From an uncultured Gemmatimonadaceae bacterium (GTDB lineage: Bacteria > Gemmatimonadota > Gemmatimonadetes > Gemmatimonadales > Gemmatimonadaceae), in NCBI GenBank assembly GCA_963716745.1, contig OY970320.1, positions 3,072,001 through 3,136,000 on the forward strand: DNA of 64,000 nt, read 5' to 3'. Below the pieces are notes generated by a model. That model had not been told where the DNA came from. It made no database searches and worked only from the letters and a program-made list of their open reading frames with translations. The translations under genes and the position numbers were made by a program. This document shows positions 1 to 9,276 of the stretch, one piece after another; the stretch's first letter is position 1, and each line of letters begins with the position of its first letter.

Positions 1-278
1 ACGGGGAGCACGCCGTCCTCGTTCGAGAAATGGAGCGACACCTCGGCGATGTTCACCGGGCGCCGCGCCGACGAACCCTGGAAGATCACTTCCTCCATCT
101 TGAGTCCGCGCAGCAGCCGCGGGCGCTGCTCGCCGAGCACCCAGCGCACCGCATCCGACACGTTGGACTTGCCGCAGCCGTTCGGCCCGACGATCGCGGT
201 CACGCCCGCCTCGAAGTCGAGATGCGTGTGGTCCGCGAACGACTTGAATCCGTGGATCTCGAGCTTGGTCAGCCGCAC
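1..278 (-). CDS. smc: Chromosome segregation protein SMC, N-terminal part (runs off window)
   Basis: Manual translation from GTG at 278: MRLTKLEIHGFKSFAD...IVGPNGCGKSNVSDAVRWVLGEQ...LRG; Walker A and SMC N-terminal signature; start overlaps upstream TAG. Confidence 0.93.
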   Translation of the reverse strand, partial: MRLTKLEIHGFKSFADHTHLDFEAGVTAIVGPNGCGKSNVSDAVRWVLGEQRPRLLRGLKMEEVIFQGSSARRPVNIAEVSLHFSNEDGVLP

Positions 279-1738
279 TAGGGCAGTCTCCCCATCCGGT
301 AGGTTACGATCGGCCGCTCGCCATTCACGTGCAGCGCGCTCGCGAGCAGTGCCGCATCCTGCGCGCTCTCGAACGCGCCGGCGTACAGGCGCATCCGGCC
401 ATCATCCTGGAGCAGCGGGTACACGGCGAGCCCCTTCGAGCGGTACGCCGCCGCGTAGAAAGATGCCTCATCGCGCGTGACTTCGCTCTGTATCAACACG
501 GCGAAGGGGAGGCGCATCACGCTCCCTTGGCCCTTGATCACGGTACCGCTCGCGACGAGTGCCGCGAGCATCGAATCGGCGCCGTCGCGCAGGCGGAACG
601 CGCCGGCGATGATGTGATAACTCTTGTTCCCGTCGGGCTCGGCGAGCGGCGAGATCGTGAGCGCGGGGAGGACTCTCAGCATCTCATCCTCGAGCCGCGC
701 GTTGGCGCTGGTGGAATTGTTGGTGACCGCGATCGCGACGGCGAAGCTCGCGGCGCGCGCGTCGCTGTCGGCGGCCGCGGCGGCGGCGCGCTGAGCGAAC
801 GCCATCGCCGGCGTCACCGACGAGCCGGCGGGCACGGGGACGCTCGCGGGAGCAGCGGCCGGAGCGGACGTGACGCCACTCTCCGGGATAATCACCGAGT
901 CGATCGCGCCGGCGGTCGCTCCGACGAGCGCGGTGTCGGCCGGCGCCGGATCGGGGCGCGGCGCCGCGGCGCGTCCCAGGATGCCCGAGCGCCACAGTCC
1001 GGCGGCGAGCAGCGCGAGCACGGCGAGCGCGCCGATCCACGCCGGAGCGCTCGATCGGCGCGCGGGCGGTGCGGGCACCGCGCGCACGGTGGATGGGCGC
1101 TGGCGTGTAGCCGAGGTCTCCCGGTCTCCCTGCGGCTGCGTGAGCGCGCTGATCGCGCCGGTGACGCGCTCCATGTCGTGGCCGCCGGAGCCAGGGCCGC
1201 GCACGTAGAGCAAAACGCGCGCGCCCACGAGCGGCTGGACGCGCCCCAGCAGCACCACGCCGTCCACGAGCGGCAGCAACGCATCCACCGCCGGCTCGTC
1301 GTTCGGTACGACCACGAGCAGCAATGCCTCCGCCTCGCGGAATTCCGCCGACAAACCTTCCCAACGCGCGCTGCGGAGCACCGCACCATAGTCGAGCGTA
1401 CCCGTGCCGCTGGGCAGGACATGCAGATTTCCGGCCGCATCCACAGGGTGCGCCGCTTGCTCGAGCGGCAGTCCGCGCACGAACACGTCGGCGATGCCGT
1501 GCGCCGCGTTCATGGGCGCGAGATCCTCGATCGGGCCGAGTTCGCCCACGGCGTCCGCCACCGCCACGCGCCGGCGGCGTGCCTGGACGCGGCCGATGCC
1601 GAGCGCGAGTTCCGCAGCGGCGATCGGATCGCCGCCCACGACCAGCACGAAGCCGCAGCCGTCGAGCGCCGCCGCCTGGCGGCGCCCCTCTTCCTCCCAC
1701 GGAGAGAGCATCGGCTCGTCGTACGGGGGTGTGGTCAT
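278..1738 (-). CDS. Membrane-anchored hypothetical protein, probable C-terminal SPOR-like domains
   Basis: 486 aa ORF, single TM segment (WIGALAVLALLAAGLW), Pro/Ala linker, C-terminal RLYAGAF..A motif; in operon with smc. Confidence 0.6.
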   Translation of the reverse strand: MTTPPYDEPMLSPWEEEGRRQAAALDGCGFVLVVGGDPIAAAELALGIGRVQARRRRVAVADAVGELGPIEDLAPMNAAHGIADVFVRGLPLEQAAHPVDAAGNLHVLPSGTGTLDYGAVLRSARWEGLSAEFREAEALLLVVVPNDEPAVDALLPLVDGVVLLGRVQPLVGARVLLYVRGPGSGGHDMERVTGAISALTQPQGDRETSATRQRPSTVRAVPAPPARRSSAPAWIGALAVLALLAAGLWRSGILGRAAAPRPDPAPADTALVGATAGAIDSVIIPESGVTSAPAAAPASVPVPAGSSVTPAMAFAQRAAAAAADSDARAASFAVAIAVTNNSTSANARLEDEMLRVLPALTISPLAEPDGNKSYHIIAGAFRLRDGADSMLAALVASGTVIKGQGSVMRLPFAVLIQSEVTRDEASFYAAAYRSKGLAVYPLLQDDGRMRLYAGAFESAQDAALLASALHVNGERPIVTYRMGRLP

Positions 1739-1739
1739 C

Positions 1740-3242
1740 TCAGGGCGGCCCCGCGTAGATCCAGTAGGACATGCCGGCGGTGCGCGCGATGCGCTCGGCC
1801 TCTTCGCGCGTCGGGAATGGACCGATCACCACCCGGTACGTTACCACACCATCGTGCGAGTTGGGTACCACCCTCGGCGTCGCGCCGGTGACGTGGATCG
1901 CGCGCATCGCGACGCGCGCGGAGGAGTCGGTGCGCAGCGCCGCGAACTGGATCGTGAACTGCGGGCCTTTGGGCGTCGTGTCATGCGCCGGTGCGGGCGC
2001 CGGCGGCGGTGCGGGCGGCGCCGCGTGCAGCGCCGTGTCGACTCTCGGATGCAGACTGTCGTGCGCTGCTTCCGCGAGCGGGTTCATGCTGTCGTGCGGG
2101 ACGATCGTGTCCTCGGGGAACGTGACCGGTTCATCCAATCCCGCGGCGCGCGGCCGGAATCCGTTCCAGTGCAGGAACGTCCACAAGTCGTGCGCGCCTC
2201 CCGTGACGTGCGCGGCCTGCTTCAGCGACGAACCGTCGAAGAATTGCACGTCGTTGCCGGTGGCGACCGCGATCCACCCGTTGGGCGCGACGGCCGGAAG
2301 ATCGTAGCGCCACGTTCCCGCGATCACGCCGATCACCTTGTCGGTGCCGAGGGCGATCACCACCACGCTATCGCTCGCGAGGCGCGCCAGCAGCACGCGG
2401 CCGAACGGATCCATGCGCAGCGAAACCGCCGGCTCGGGCAGGGTGAGCTGCGACGTGGTCTTGCCGGTGTAGCGGTCGAGCACGAGGATCTGAGGCAGCG
2501 AATCGAGCGCGGCGAAGAGCCGGTCGCCGCTGGGCGTGGTCACGACGGCGCTCGCCGGGCGGGGCAGTTCGATCGCCGGAAGCGAATCGAGTCCGCGCAC
2601 GCGCAACGCGAGCAGCCAGCGGCCGCTCGTGAAGTACACGCGATCGCCGAGCGGCGTGCGCAGCGCCCGCGAGATCGGCGGGAGCACCGCGCTGTCGCCC
2701 ACGGTGGAATCGGGCGGCCGTACCGACCACAGCACCACGCCGGGGGGCCGGTCGGCCAGCACGAGGAGCTGGCCGTCGGGCTGTGGCAGCACATCGCGCG
2801 CGGGCGCGGGCGGCTTGAACGTCCACGTGCCGCTGGGCGTCGTGCGCAACACGCCGCCGCTGGCGACTACGCCGTACGCGCTGGAGCCGTCGGCCGTGGC
2901 GAGCGCGTGGAGCCTCGGCGTCTCGTCGGTGCTCACTGTGCCCAATCGCAGATCGATGCGCACCGGGAACCCTTTCGCCGACTCGGAGAGCACCGTGCCC
3001 GCCGCGTCATCGAAGCCGAGGATGCGCTCGAGCGCCGGCGCTTTCGCTGTGGAGGTCCACACGAGCGAGTCGAGCTGCGGGAAGGCGAAGACGCGAACGG
3101 GGCCGCCGGCGCGCGGAGCGCGGAGGACGAGCAGGTCGGGGCCATGCCCGGCGGTGGCCGGGACGCCGGCCGCAGGCGGAACGCGCTCCGTGCGGCCGCA
3201 CGCGGCCAGCGCGAGACCCAGCGCCATCAGCAACGTGCGCAC
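1740..3242 (-). CDS. Lipoprotein with beta-propeller-like region and C-terminal SPOR domain
   Basis: Lipobox LAAC; C-terminal FTIQFAAL...YRVVIGPFPTREEAE typical of SPOR. Confidence 0.75.
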   Translation of the reverse strand: MRTLLMALGLALAACGRTERVPPAAGVPATAGHGPDLLVLRAPRAGGPVRVFAFPQLDSLVWTSTAKAPALERILGFDDAAGTVLSESAKGFPVRIDLRLGTVSTDETPRLHALATADGSSAYGVVASGGVLRTTPSGTWTFKPPAPARDVLPQPDGQLLVLADRPPGVVLWSVRPPDSTVGDSAVLPPISRALRTPLGDRVYFTSGRWLLALRVRGLDSLPAIELPRPASAVVTTPSGDRLFAALDSLPQILVLDRYTGKTTSQLTLPEPAVSLRMDPFGRVLLARLASDSVVVIALGTDKVIGVIAGTWRYDLPAVAPNGWIAVATGNDVQFFDGSSLKQAAHVTGGAHDLWTFLHWNGFRPRAAGLDEPVTFPEDTIVPHDSMNPLAEAAHDSLHPRVDTALHAAPPAPPPAPAPAHDTTPKGPQFTIQFAALRTDSSARVAMRAIHVTGATPRVVPNSHDGVVTYRVVIGPFPTREEAERIARTAGMSYWIYAGPP

Positions 3243-3295
3243 GTGCCTAAGCTACCGGGAGCGCGCGCGCGGAACAAGCCGCGCACGCGCCGCGG

Positions 3296-6200
3296 CTAGA
3301 ACGGAGCGTACAGCGAGAACTGGATGTAGGGGCGCAACGCCAGGTCGTGCGGGATCACCCAGGCCCAGCTCATGATCGCCGCGCCGAACAGGTTGATGCG
3401 CGCGCCGAAACCGTTCGACCAGAGGAATCCGCGCGTGTAGAACGGATCGTAGAGCGTCTGATCGCGGAACACCACCGTCTGTCCCGTGAACCAGGTGCTG
3501 CCGAGGTCGACGAAGGCGAACAACTCGATGGGCGGGACCGGAACAACGCTGCCCGCGCCGCCGCGATAGAACGGAGCGCGGATCTCGAGGCTGCCATAGT
3601 ACGCGCTGCTGCCGATGCCGGGGTTGCAGTAGTCGGAGCTCTTCTGCGCTTGGCCGCATTCCGTGGGGTCGACCAGGAAATTGCTGCCGTCGTAGCCGCG
3701 CACCGACTGGCTGTACGCGATGTATTGGCGCGTGCTGTCCGCGTCGCGCCCGGTCTTGATGAAGGCCGCGAGGTGCGTGGCGATGATCAGTTTGTTGAAG
3801 ATGATGGGATCGTAGCGGCGATAGTCGGCGATGTAGGCGAGCCAGCGGAAGTCGCCGACCGCCGGCTGGATCTCGAAACGGTAGCGCCGCCCGGAGATCG
3901 GCGCGAAGTAGCCGAACAGAGTGTTGTCCGAGACGTAGGCGATGTCGGGCGTCGCGTAGTACCTCGTGCCGAAGTCGATCGTCTGCCGGCCCTGAATCTG
4001 CTGCACGTAATCCGTCGTGATGGCCACGATCTGTTCGTCGAGCGAGTTGAGGCCGAGCCCGACCTCCCAGCGATCGAAGCGGTTGAGCGGATAGATGCCG
4101 ACCCCGAAGACCGCGCGGTTCAAGTAGCGCGTGGTGTAGGTCGTGCAGACGCTTCCGTCGCCGTTGCACGAGTACCCGTTGGCGAAGTAGAACGGGACGT
4201 TCTCGACGCCCACCTGGTACTGGAAGCGCCCCGCGAGATACGCGTAGGCGGCGTAGAACTGGAAGTCGGCAAGGCGCCCATTCACCGCCAGCGCGATGGT
4301 CGCGCGAGTGGAGCCCACCATGTCGGTGAGCGTCACCGCGGTACCGCCGTAGATCCCGCTGCCGAAGTTGTCGTGCGAGTAACCGATGGTGGGCGTCGCG
4401 ACGAACTCAGGCGACAGGCGGAGCTTGTAGGGATACATGAAGAACGTGCTCGTATCCGGGAGCTTCACCGCGCCGGTGTCGAGGATCGCGGCGACACTGA
4501 TCGCGGGCTCGGTGGTGGAATCCTTCGCGCCCGGCACCGACTGCGCCGGCCGGAATCCGAGCGTGCCCTTGTAGTACGTCGCCACCGGATCGCCCGCCAC
4601 GGAGCCGAGCGACTTGGGCGGCGGCGCGACGGTCGCGGCGGTGTCGGCTTTCGGCGCGACCGCGAGCTGCGCCGTGACCGGCACGCGCTCGAGCTTGCGC
4701 GGATCATCCATCGTCCAAATGGAGTAGCCGTTGTTCTCGTAGTACACGAAGGCCAGGCGGTCGGCGCCATGCGCCCAGCTGAGCGCCGGGCTCACATCGG
4801 TAATTCCGGTGACGCCGCCCACGAAGTTCGTGATCCGGAACTGCTGCTTCGATTCCAGATCGAAGAGGAAGACGTTCGGCGACCCGCCGCGATCGGAGAC
4901 GAACGCGATCGTCTTGCCGTCGGGCGACCAGTTGGGATTGATGTTGAGCCCATCCTGGTCGGGCAGCACCTCGATCTCGTGTGTCGCCACGTGATAGAGC
5001 GTGATGCGCATCTTGGGGAAGACGAGATTGGCGATGTCGGTGCCCGCGCCGCGCTCGCTGGCGAACGCGATCGTCTGCCCGTCGGGCGACCACTGCGGCA
5101 TCGCGTCGCCGTTCCGGTCATGCGTGAGCTGCGTGAGATTCTTCCCGTCCGCGTCCACCGTGTAGATGTCGGTGATCCCGCCGCGCGCGCCGCTGAACAC
5201 GATCTTCGACTGATCGGGCGACCAGCTCGGATTCGTGAGGCCATCGAGCGGCAGCGAGATCGTAGCGATGCGCTTGCGACTCGCGACGTCGAGCAGGTAT
5301 AGCACTTCCTTGCCGCCGGACAGCGCGGAGAAGGCGAGCTTCTTCCCGTCGGGCGAGAACGCCGCCTGCGAGTAGAGCAGGCCGATCTCCTCATAGTTCG
5401 GATCGAGCGTGCTCTTCACCAGACGCTTGATGCGCTTGCCGGTGATGGCGTCCGCGAGCCAGAGATCGATGAATACTTCGCCCTTGTTGAAACTGCCGTT
5501 CGAGAGGAACGCGATGTATTTGCCATCGGGCGACAGCGCAGGATCCACGAAGATCTCGCCGCCCGTGCGATGGGTCGTGAGCGCCGGCTGCGCCATCGTG
5601 CGCGCGCGCGTGAGCTGCGAGATGGTAGGCAGGAACTGGTCCAGCAGCGCCTGCTTCCAGTCGGCGGCGATCTGCGCGGGATTCTTGTTCGTGGCGCGCT
5701 CGAATGCGCGGTCGATGCCCAGGTTCGGCGTTTCGAGCATGATCTGCCCCACCGCGTCATCGCCCCAGTGCAGGCCGACGTACGCGAAGTACGATTCGCC
5801 GAAACGGTACGGGAAGTACTGGCCCGGATCGTTGGTCATCTGCGCGAGCGATGGCACGTTGTTCTCCGCCACCGCGTCGCGCATCACGACGTTCGTGTGC
5901 GGGTCGCCCGGGCCCTTCGACAGATACTCCGCCATGCCTTCCATGAACCACAGCGGCGGGTTCACCGCCTCGAGCGCGTTCAGCCCACCGCCGGCCTTCC
6001 CGTGGCCGAAGATGTCGAACTGGAACTCGTGCACCATTTCGTGCGTGAGGACGTGCTCGGTGCTGCGATAGTTCCCGGTGAAGAAGAAGAGCATGCGATG
6101 CCGCAGCGGTTCCGTCACGCCGCCCGTGCCCTCGCCCAGATCGCCGGTCACGAGATTCTCGCCGAAGTCGGCACGCGACGCGAACAGCATGATCGGTTTC

Positions 6201-6451
6201 TTGTCGCGGAATTCCCATTGGAACACGCGCGCGAGGCGCTCGTACGCGCGCTCCGACATCCGCGCGACATCCATCGCCACCGTCGCTTCCGACGGATAGT
6301 AGTGGATGTAGAAATGCTGCGTCTCGATCACGTGCCACTCGAAGTGCGTGTATTCGACCTGGTTCTTGCCGAATTGCGCCGAGAGGCTGGATGCCGCCGC
6401 GAACAGCAGCGCGGCGGCGGCCGCGAGGCGTCCGATCGCGCGCGCGTTCAC
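3296..6451 (-). CDS. Omp85/BamA-family outer membrane protein with N-terminal zinc peptidase-like domain and TolB-like PD40 propeller
   Basis: GTG start overlapping rsfS stop; signal peptide; THEMVH...WFMEGMAEY; repeated P.WSPDG..IAF; barrel with SVRGYD and terminal Phe. Confidence 0.85.
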   Translation of the reverse strand: MNARAIGRLAAAAALLFAAASSLSAQFGKNQVEYTHFEWHVIETQHFYIHYYPSEATVAMDVARMSERAYERLARVFQWEFRDKKPIMLFASRADFGENLVTGDLGEGTGGVTEPLRHRMLFFFTGNYRSTEHVLTHEMVHEFQFDIFGHGKAGGGLNALEAVNPPLWFMEGMAEYLSKGPGDPHTNVVMRDAVAENNVPSLAQMTNDPGQYFPYRFGESYFAYVGLHWGDDAVGQIMLETPNLGIDRAFERATNKNPAQIAADWKQALLDQFLPTISQLTRARTMAQPALTTHRTGGEIFVDPALSPDGKYIAFLSNGSFNKGEVFIDLWLADAITGKRIKRLVKSTLDPNYEEIGLLYSQAAFSPDGKKLAFSALSGGKEVLYLLDVASRKRIATISLPLDGLTNPSWSPDQSKIVFSGARGGITDIYTVDADGKNLTQLTHDRNGDAMPQWSPDGQTIAFASERGAGTDIANLVFPKMRITLYHVATHEIEVLPDQDGLNINPNWSPDGKTIAFVSDRGGSPNVFLFDLESKQQFRITNFVGGVTGITDVSPALSWAHGADRLAFVYYENNGYSIWTMDDPRKLERVPVTAQLAVAPKADTAATVAPPPKSLGSVAGDPVATYYKGTLGFRPAQSVPGAKDSTTEPAISVAAILDTGAVKLPDTSTFFMYPYKLRLSPEFVATPTIGYSHDNFGSGIYGGTAVTLTDMVGSTRATIALAVNGRLADFQFYAAYAYLAGRFQYQVGVENVPFYFANGYSCNGDGSVCTTYTTRYLNRAVFGVGIYPLNRFDRWEVGLGLNSLDEQIVAITTDYVQQIQGRQTIDFGTRYYATPDIAYVSDNTLFGYFAPISGRRYRFEIQPAVGDFRWLAYIADYRRYDPIIFNKLIIATHLAAFIKTGRDADSTRQYIAYSQSVRGYDGSNFLVDPTECGQAQKSSDYCNPGIGSSAYYGSLEIRAPFYRGGAGSVVPVPPIELFAFVDLGSTWFTGQTVVFRDQTLYDPFYTRGFLWSNGFGARINLFGAAIMSWAWVIPHDLALRPYIQFSLYAPF

Positions 6452-6831
6452 TGCGCCGCTCCCTGCGCATCGAGGGCCACGCCCTGCGCGTCGCCCCACA
6501 GGCGCTCGAGTTGGTAGTACTGGCGCATCGCCGGATGGAACACGTGCACGACGAAGTCCACGTAGTCCACGAGCACCCAGCGGCCGGACTCGAGACCCTC
6601 CACGCCGTAGGGGCGGATGCCGAGCTCGCGCAGTTCGTCGATCACGTGGCCGGCGACCGCGCGCACGTGCGTGTCCGACGTCCCGCTGGCGATCAGGAAA
6701 TAATCGGTGGCGTCGGAGACGCGTCGCAGGTCGAGCAGCGCGACGTCATTCGCCTTGAGATCGAGGCAGAGCGCCGCGGCGCGCTGGACCTGCGCGAGCG
6801 AGGAACGATTGGCAGGCGGACTGATGGCCAT
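6448..6831 (-). CDS. rsfS: Ribosome silencing factor RsfS
   Basis: DYFLIASG.S..HV.A, WVLVDYVDFVVHVF, YYQLERLW. Confidence 0.95.
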   Translation of the reverse strand: MAISPPANRSSLAQVQRAAALCLDLKANDVALLDLRRVSDATDYFLIASGTSDTHVRAVAGHVIDELRELGIRPYGVEGLESGRWVLVDYVDFVVHVFHPAMRQYYQLERLWGDAQGVALDAQGAAQ

Positions 6832-6909
6832 TCGCCTTCAAGAGGTGAGAGGGACTCATTCGTGGAACCGTTCATCACGCTGAAAGTTCCACGCCGCTCG
6901 CCGTGTTAC

Positions 6910-7356
6910 TTACTGTTTCACCACCCACACACGGAGTTCCGGCTTCACATCGGCGTGCAACCGCACCGGCACCTTGAAGATGCCGAGCGCCTTGATCGGT
7001 TCGTGCAGATCGATCATGCGCTTCTCTACTTCGGTGAATCCCTGCGCGTGCAATTGCGACGCGATGTCGGCCGCCGTCACGGAACCGAACAGCTTCTCCT
7101 CTTCGCCGACGCGCGCGGAGAACGTGAGCGAGACCTGTTCGAGCCGCGCCGCCATCGCCTGCGCCGCGTCGCGCCGCGCGTTCTCGGCGAGTTCGAGCCG
7201 CGCCTTCTCCTGGCCGATGCGCTTGCGATTGCCCGGCGTCGCCTCGTACGCGAGTCCGCGCGGGAGGAGGAAATTGCGCGCGTAGCCGGCCGACACCTTC
7301 ACGACGTCGCCAGGCTGTCCGAGCTGATCGATGCTCTGCCGCAGGATCACTTCCAT
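6910..7356 (-). CDS. rplI: 50S ribosomal protein L9
   Basis: MEVIL...LG..GDVVKVSAGYARNFLLPRG; KLFGSVT. Confidence 0.98.
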   Translation of the reverse strand: MEVILRQSIDQLGQPGDVVKVSAGYARNFLLPRGLAYEATPGNRKRIGQEKARLELAENARRDAAQAMAARLEQVSLTFSARVGEEEKLFGSVTAADIASQLHAQGFTEVEKRMIDLHEPIKALGIFKVPVRLHADVKPELRVWVVKQ

Positions 7357-7379
7357 GGGAATGCTCCGGTAGGAACGAG

Positions 7380-8423
7380 TTAATCAGTTGAAGTGGGACC
7401 CGCGCCGGCCGCCGCCGGCCGCGCAAGTCCGCGCCAATCGAGCCAATTGTCCACCACACCCAATCCGACCGCCGCCGGCAGCGTCACCGGCGCGAGCGCC
7501 AGCGCCGCCACACACGACGCGAACTGTGCCGCCGTGCGACGCACCGGGATGAACCATGCCGCCACGCCGGCGCCGCGCAGCGCGAACAGCGCGCCGACCA
7601 GCACCACCATGTTCGCCCCCAGGATCGCCGCACCACTGCCGCGCAATGCCGGCACCGCCACCAGCGCTCCGCCCGCCACCAACGCCCACACCAGACCGTG
7701 ACCGAACGTGAACGACCGCAGCGACGCCAACGGCGGTCCGAGCCGCGTGCGGCTCAGCCGGTGATACAACGACCACGCCAATGCGCACGCCGCCAGCGCC
7801 TCCAGGATCAGCAGCGCCGGAACGAGCGGCGCCGCCAGAGCCGATGAGGCCTGGCTCAGCGCCATCGATCTCGTCGCCGCCCAATCACTCGCGCCGGGGA
7901 ACGCCGAGCCCATCGCCGCCAGCCACCGTGCCAGCGCGCTCGCCGTCGCCGCGTTGCGCAGCGCGAACTCCTGCGCGAACACTTGCTCCATCGACCCGAA
8001 CGTCAACGCCGCCGCGCCGGCGAACACCATCGCGCCCGCCAGTGCCAGCCCCGCCGCGGCCAGCGCGCGGCCGAAGAGCGACCCGCGTCCTCCGGCCACA
8101 CACACCACGCCGAACGCCCCGCCCACGAGCAGTCCCCACGCGCGCGCGAGGCCGTGATACGACTCGTTTCCGGGCGACGCCGGCAGCATGAACAAAACCG
8201 CCGTCATGAGCACCCACACGATCGCGAGCGATGCCGGTCCGCCCTCCACCCAACCCGCGACGAAGCACGCCGTGAGCACGGGGAACAGCAGGAGGAACGT
8301 GTCGACCACCGGCAGGAAGGCGCGGGCCCCGGGCGCACGCGCGAGCAGGAGGAAGGCGGCGGTGGCGATCACCACACGCATCCACCCCTGTTCCCGCAGC
8401 GCCGGCGCACTCACGCCGGACAT
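7380..8423 (-). CDS. DUF2232/YybS-like membrane protein
   Basis: Multi-TM protein between rpsR and rplI; C-terminal GLGVVDNWLDWR; start placed at ATG 8423. Confidence 0.7.
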   Translation of the reverse strand: MSGVSAPALREQGWMRVVIATAAFLLLARAPGARAFLPVVDTFLLLFPVLTACFVAGWVEGGPASLAIVWVLMTAVLFMLPASPGNESYHGLARAWGLLVGGAFGVVCVAGGRGSLFGRALAAAGLALAGAMVFAGAAALTFGSMEQVFAQEFALRNAATASALARWLAAMGSAFPGASDWAATRSMALSQASSALAAPLVPALLILEALAACALAWSLYHRLSRTRLGPPLASLRSFTFGHGLVWALVAGGALVAVPALRGSGAAILGANMVVLVGALFALRGAGVAAWFIPVRRTAAQFASCVAALALAPVTLPAAVGLGVVDNWLDWRGLARPAAAGAGPTSTD

Positions 8424-8425
8424 GA

Positions 8426-8650
8426 TTACGCCGAGAGACCCCGGATGTACGGGACCAGCGCCAGATACCGGGCGCGCTTGATCGCCGTGGACAGCTGCCG
8501 CTGGTGTCGCGCGCACGCGCCGCTCAGCCGGCTCGGCAGGATCTTGCCGGTGTCCGTGAGGAAGCGGCCGAGCGTCCGGTCATCCTTGTAGTCGATGAAG
8601 CGCACGCGGGTCTCGCAGAATGGGCACGTCTTTGCTGGGCGTCGCATCAT
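8426..8650 (-). CDS. rpsR: 30S ribosomal protein S18
   Basis: CPFC...IDYKD...[29 protein letters not shown]. Confidence 0.98.
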   Translation of the reverse strand: MMRRPAKTCPFCETRVRFIDYKDDRTLGRFLTDTGKILPSRLSGACARHQRQLSTAIKRARYLALVPYIRGLSA

Positions 8651-9016
8651 CTATTCCTCGTCGTCGTCATCGTCGCCGGCGCGAGCGCGCGCCGCGGCCA
8701 TCTCTTCTTCGGTGAGCACCGGGGCGCCCACTTCGTGCTCATGCAGCGTCACGAGGTAGCGCACCACGCCGTCGTCGAGCTTGAGCGCGCGCTCGTACTC
8801 GGGGAGCGTGGCGGGCTCGGCGTCGAACTTGGCGATTACGTAGTAGCCGTTCTCGCGGCGCCCGATCGGGTACGCGAGCTGGCGGCGTCCCCAATGCGTG
8901 ACGGCGATGTCGCCCTCGACGCTGAGGAGCGTGTGCAGCTTGGTGAGTTTTTCGGTAACGGCGGTGTCTGCGAGCGTGGAGTCGAAGATGTACACCGCCT
9001 CATAAGTGCGAGGCAT
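8651..9016 (-). CDS. rpsF: 30S ribosomal protein S6
   Basis: RTYEAVYIFD...WGRRQLAYPI...GYY; acidic tail. Confidence 0.97.
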   Translation of the reverse strand: MPRTYEAVYIFDSTLADTAVTEKLTKLHTLLSVEGDIAVTHWGRRQLAYPIGRRENGYYVIAKFDAEPATLPEYERALKLDDGVVRYLVTLHEHEVGAPVLTEEEMAAARARAGDDDDDEE

Positions 9017-9080
9017 GGATCTCTGATCCTCCCTGTGGTCGTGGCCGCCCCCGGATGATCAGGTTCCGGAGGAGGGGTTT
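9017..9080 (-). promoter_or_regulatory. Probable S6:S18 ribosomal protein leader (autogenous control of rpsF operon)
   Basis: Directly 5' of rpsF: hairpin CTCCGGA..TCCGGGG followed by CCAC..CCACAGGGAGG containing the SD; resembles the known S6:S18 leader layout (by eye, no covariance model run). Confidence 0.55.
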
Positions 9081-9170
9081 GTGAATCAATTGTAGGTGCA
9101 AAGCTAACTACGACCAGCAGTTATTGCGAGGGGGAACGGCTCAGAGAACGCACCGCCGAACCGCGTGTTA

Positions 9171-9249
9171 GTACCGCGAACGGCGCGTTAGCGTTGGCGT
9201 TGGATACGGTGCGTCCCTAACGCCAACGCTAACGCGCCGTTCGCGGTAC
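9171..9249. repeat. Perfect 31-bp-stem hairpin (17-nt loop), related to the IRs around the four-helix-bundle gene
   Basis: GTACCGCGAACGGCGCGTTAGCGTTGGCGTT (9171-9201) and exact reverse complement (9219-9249). Confidence 0.95.
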
Positions 9250-9276
9250 CAGCCACCGCCGTTGGCGATATCGCCG

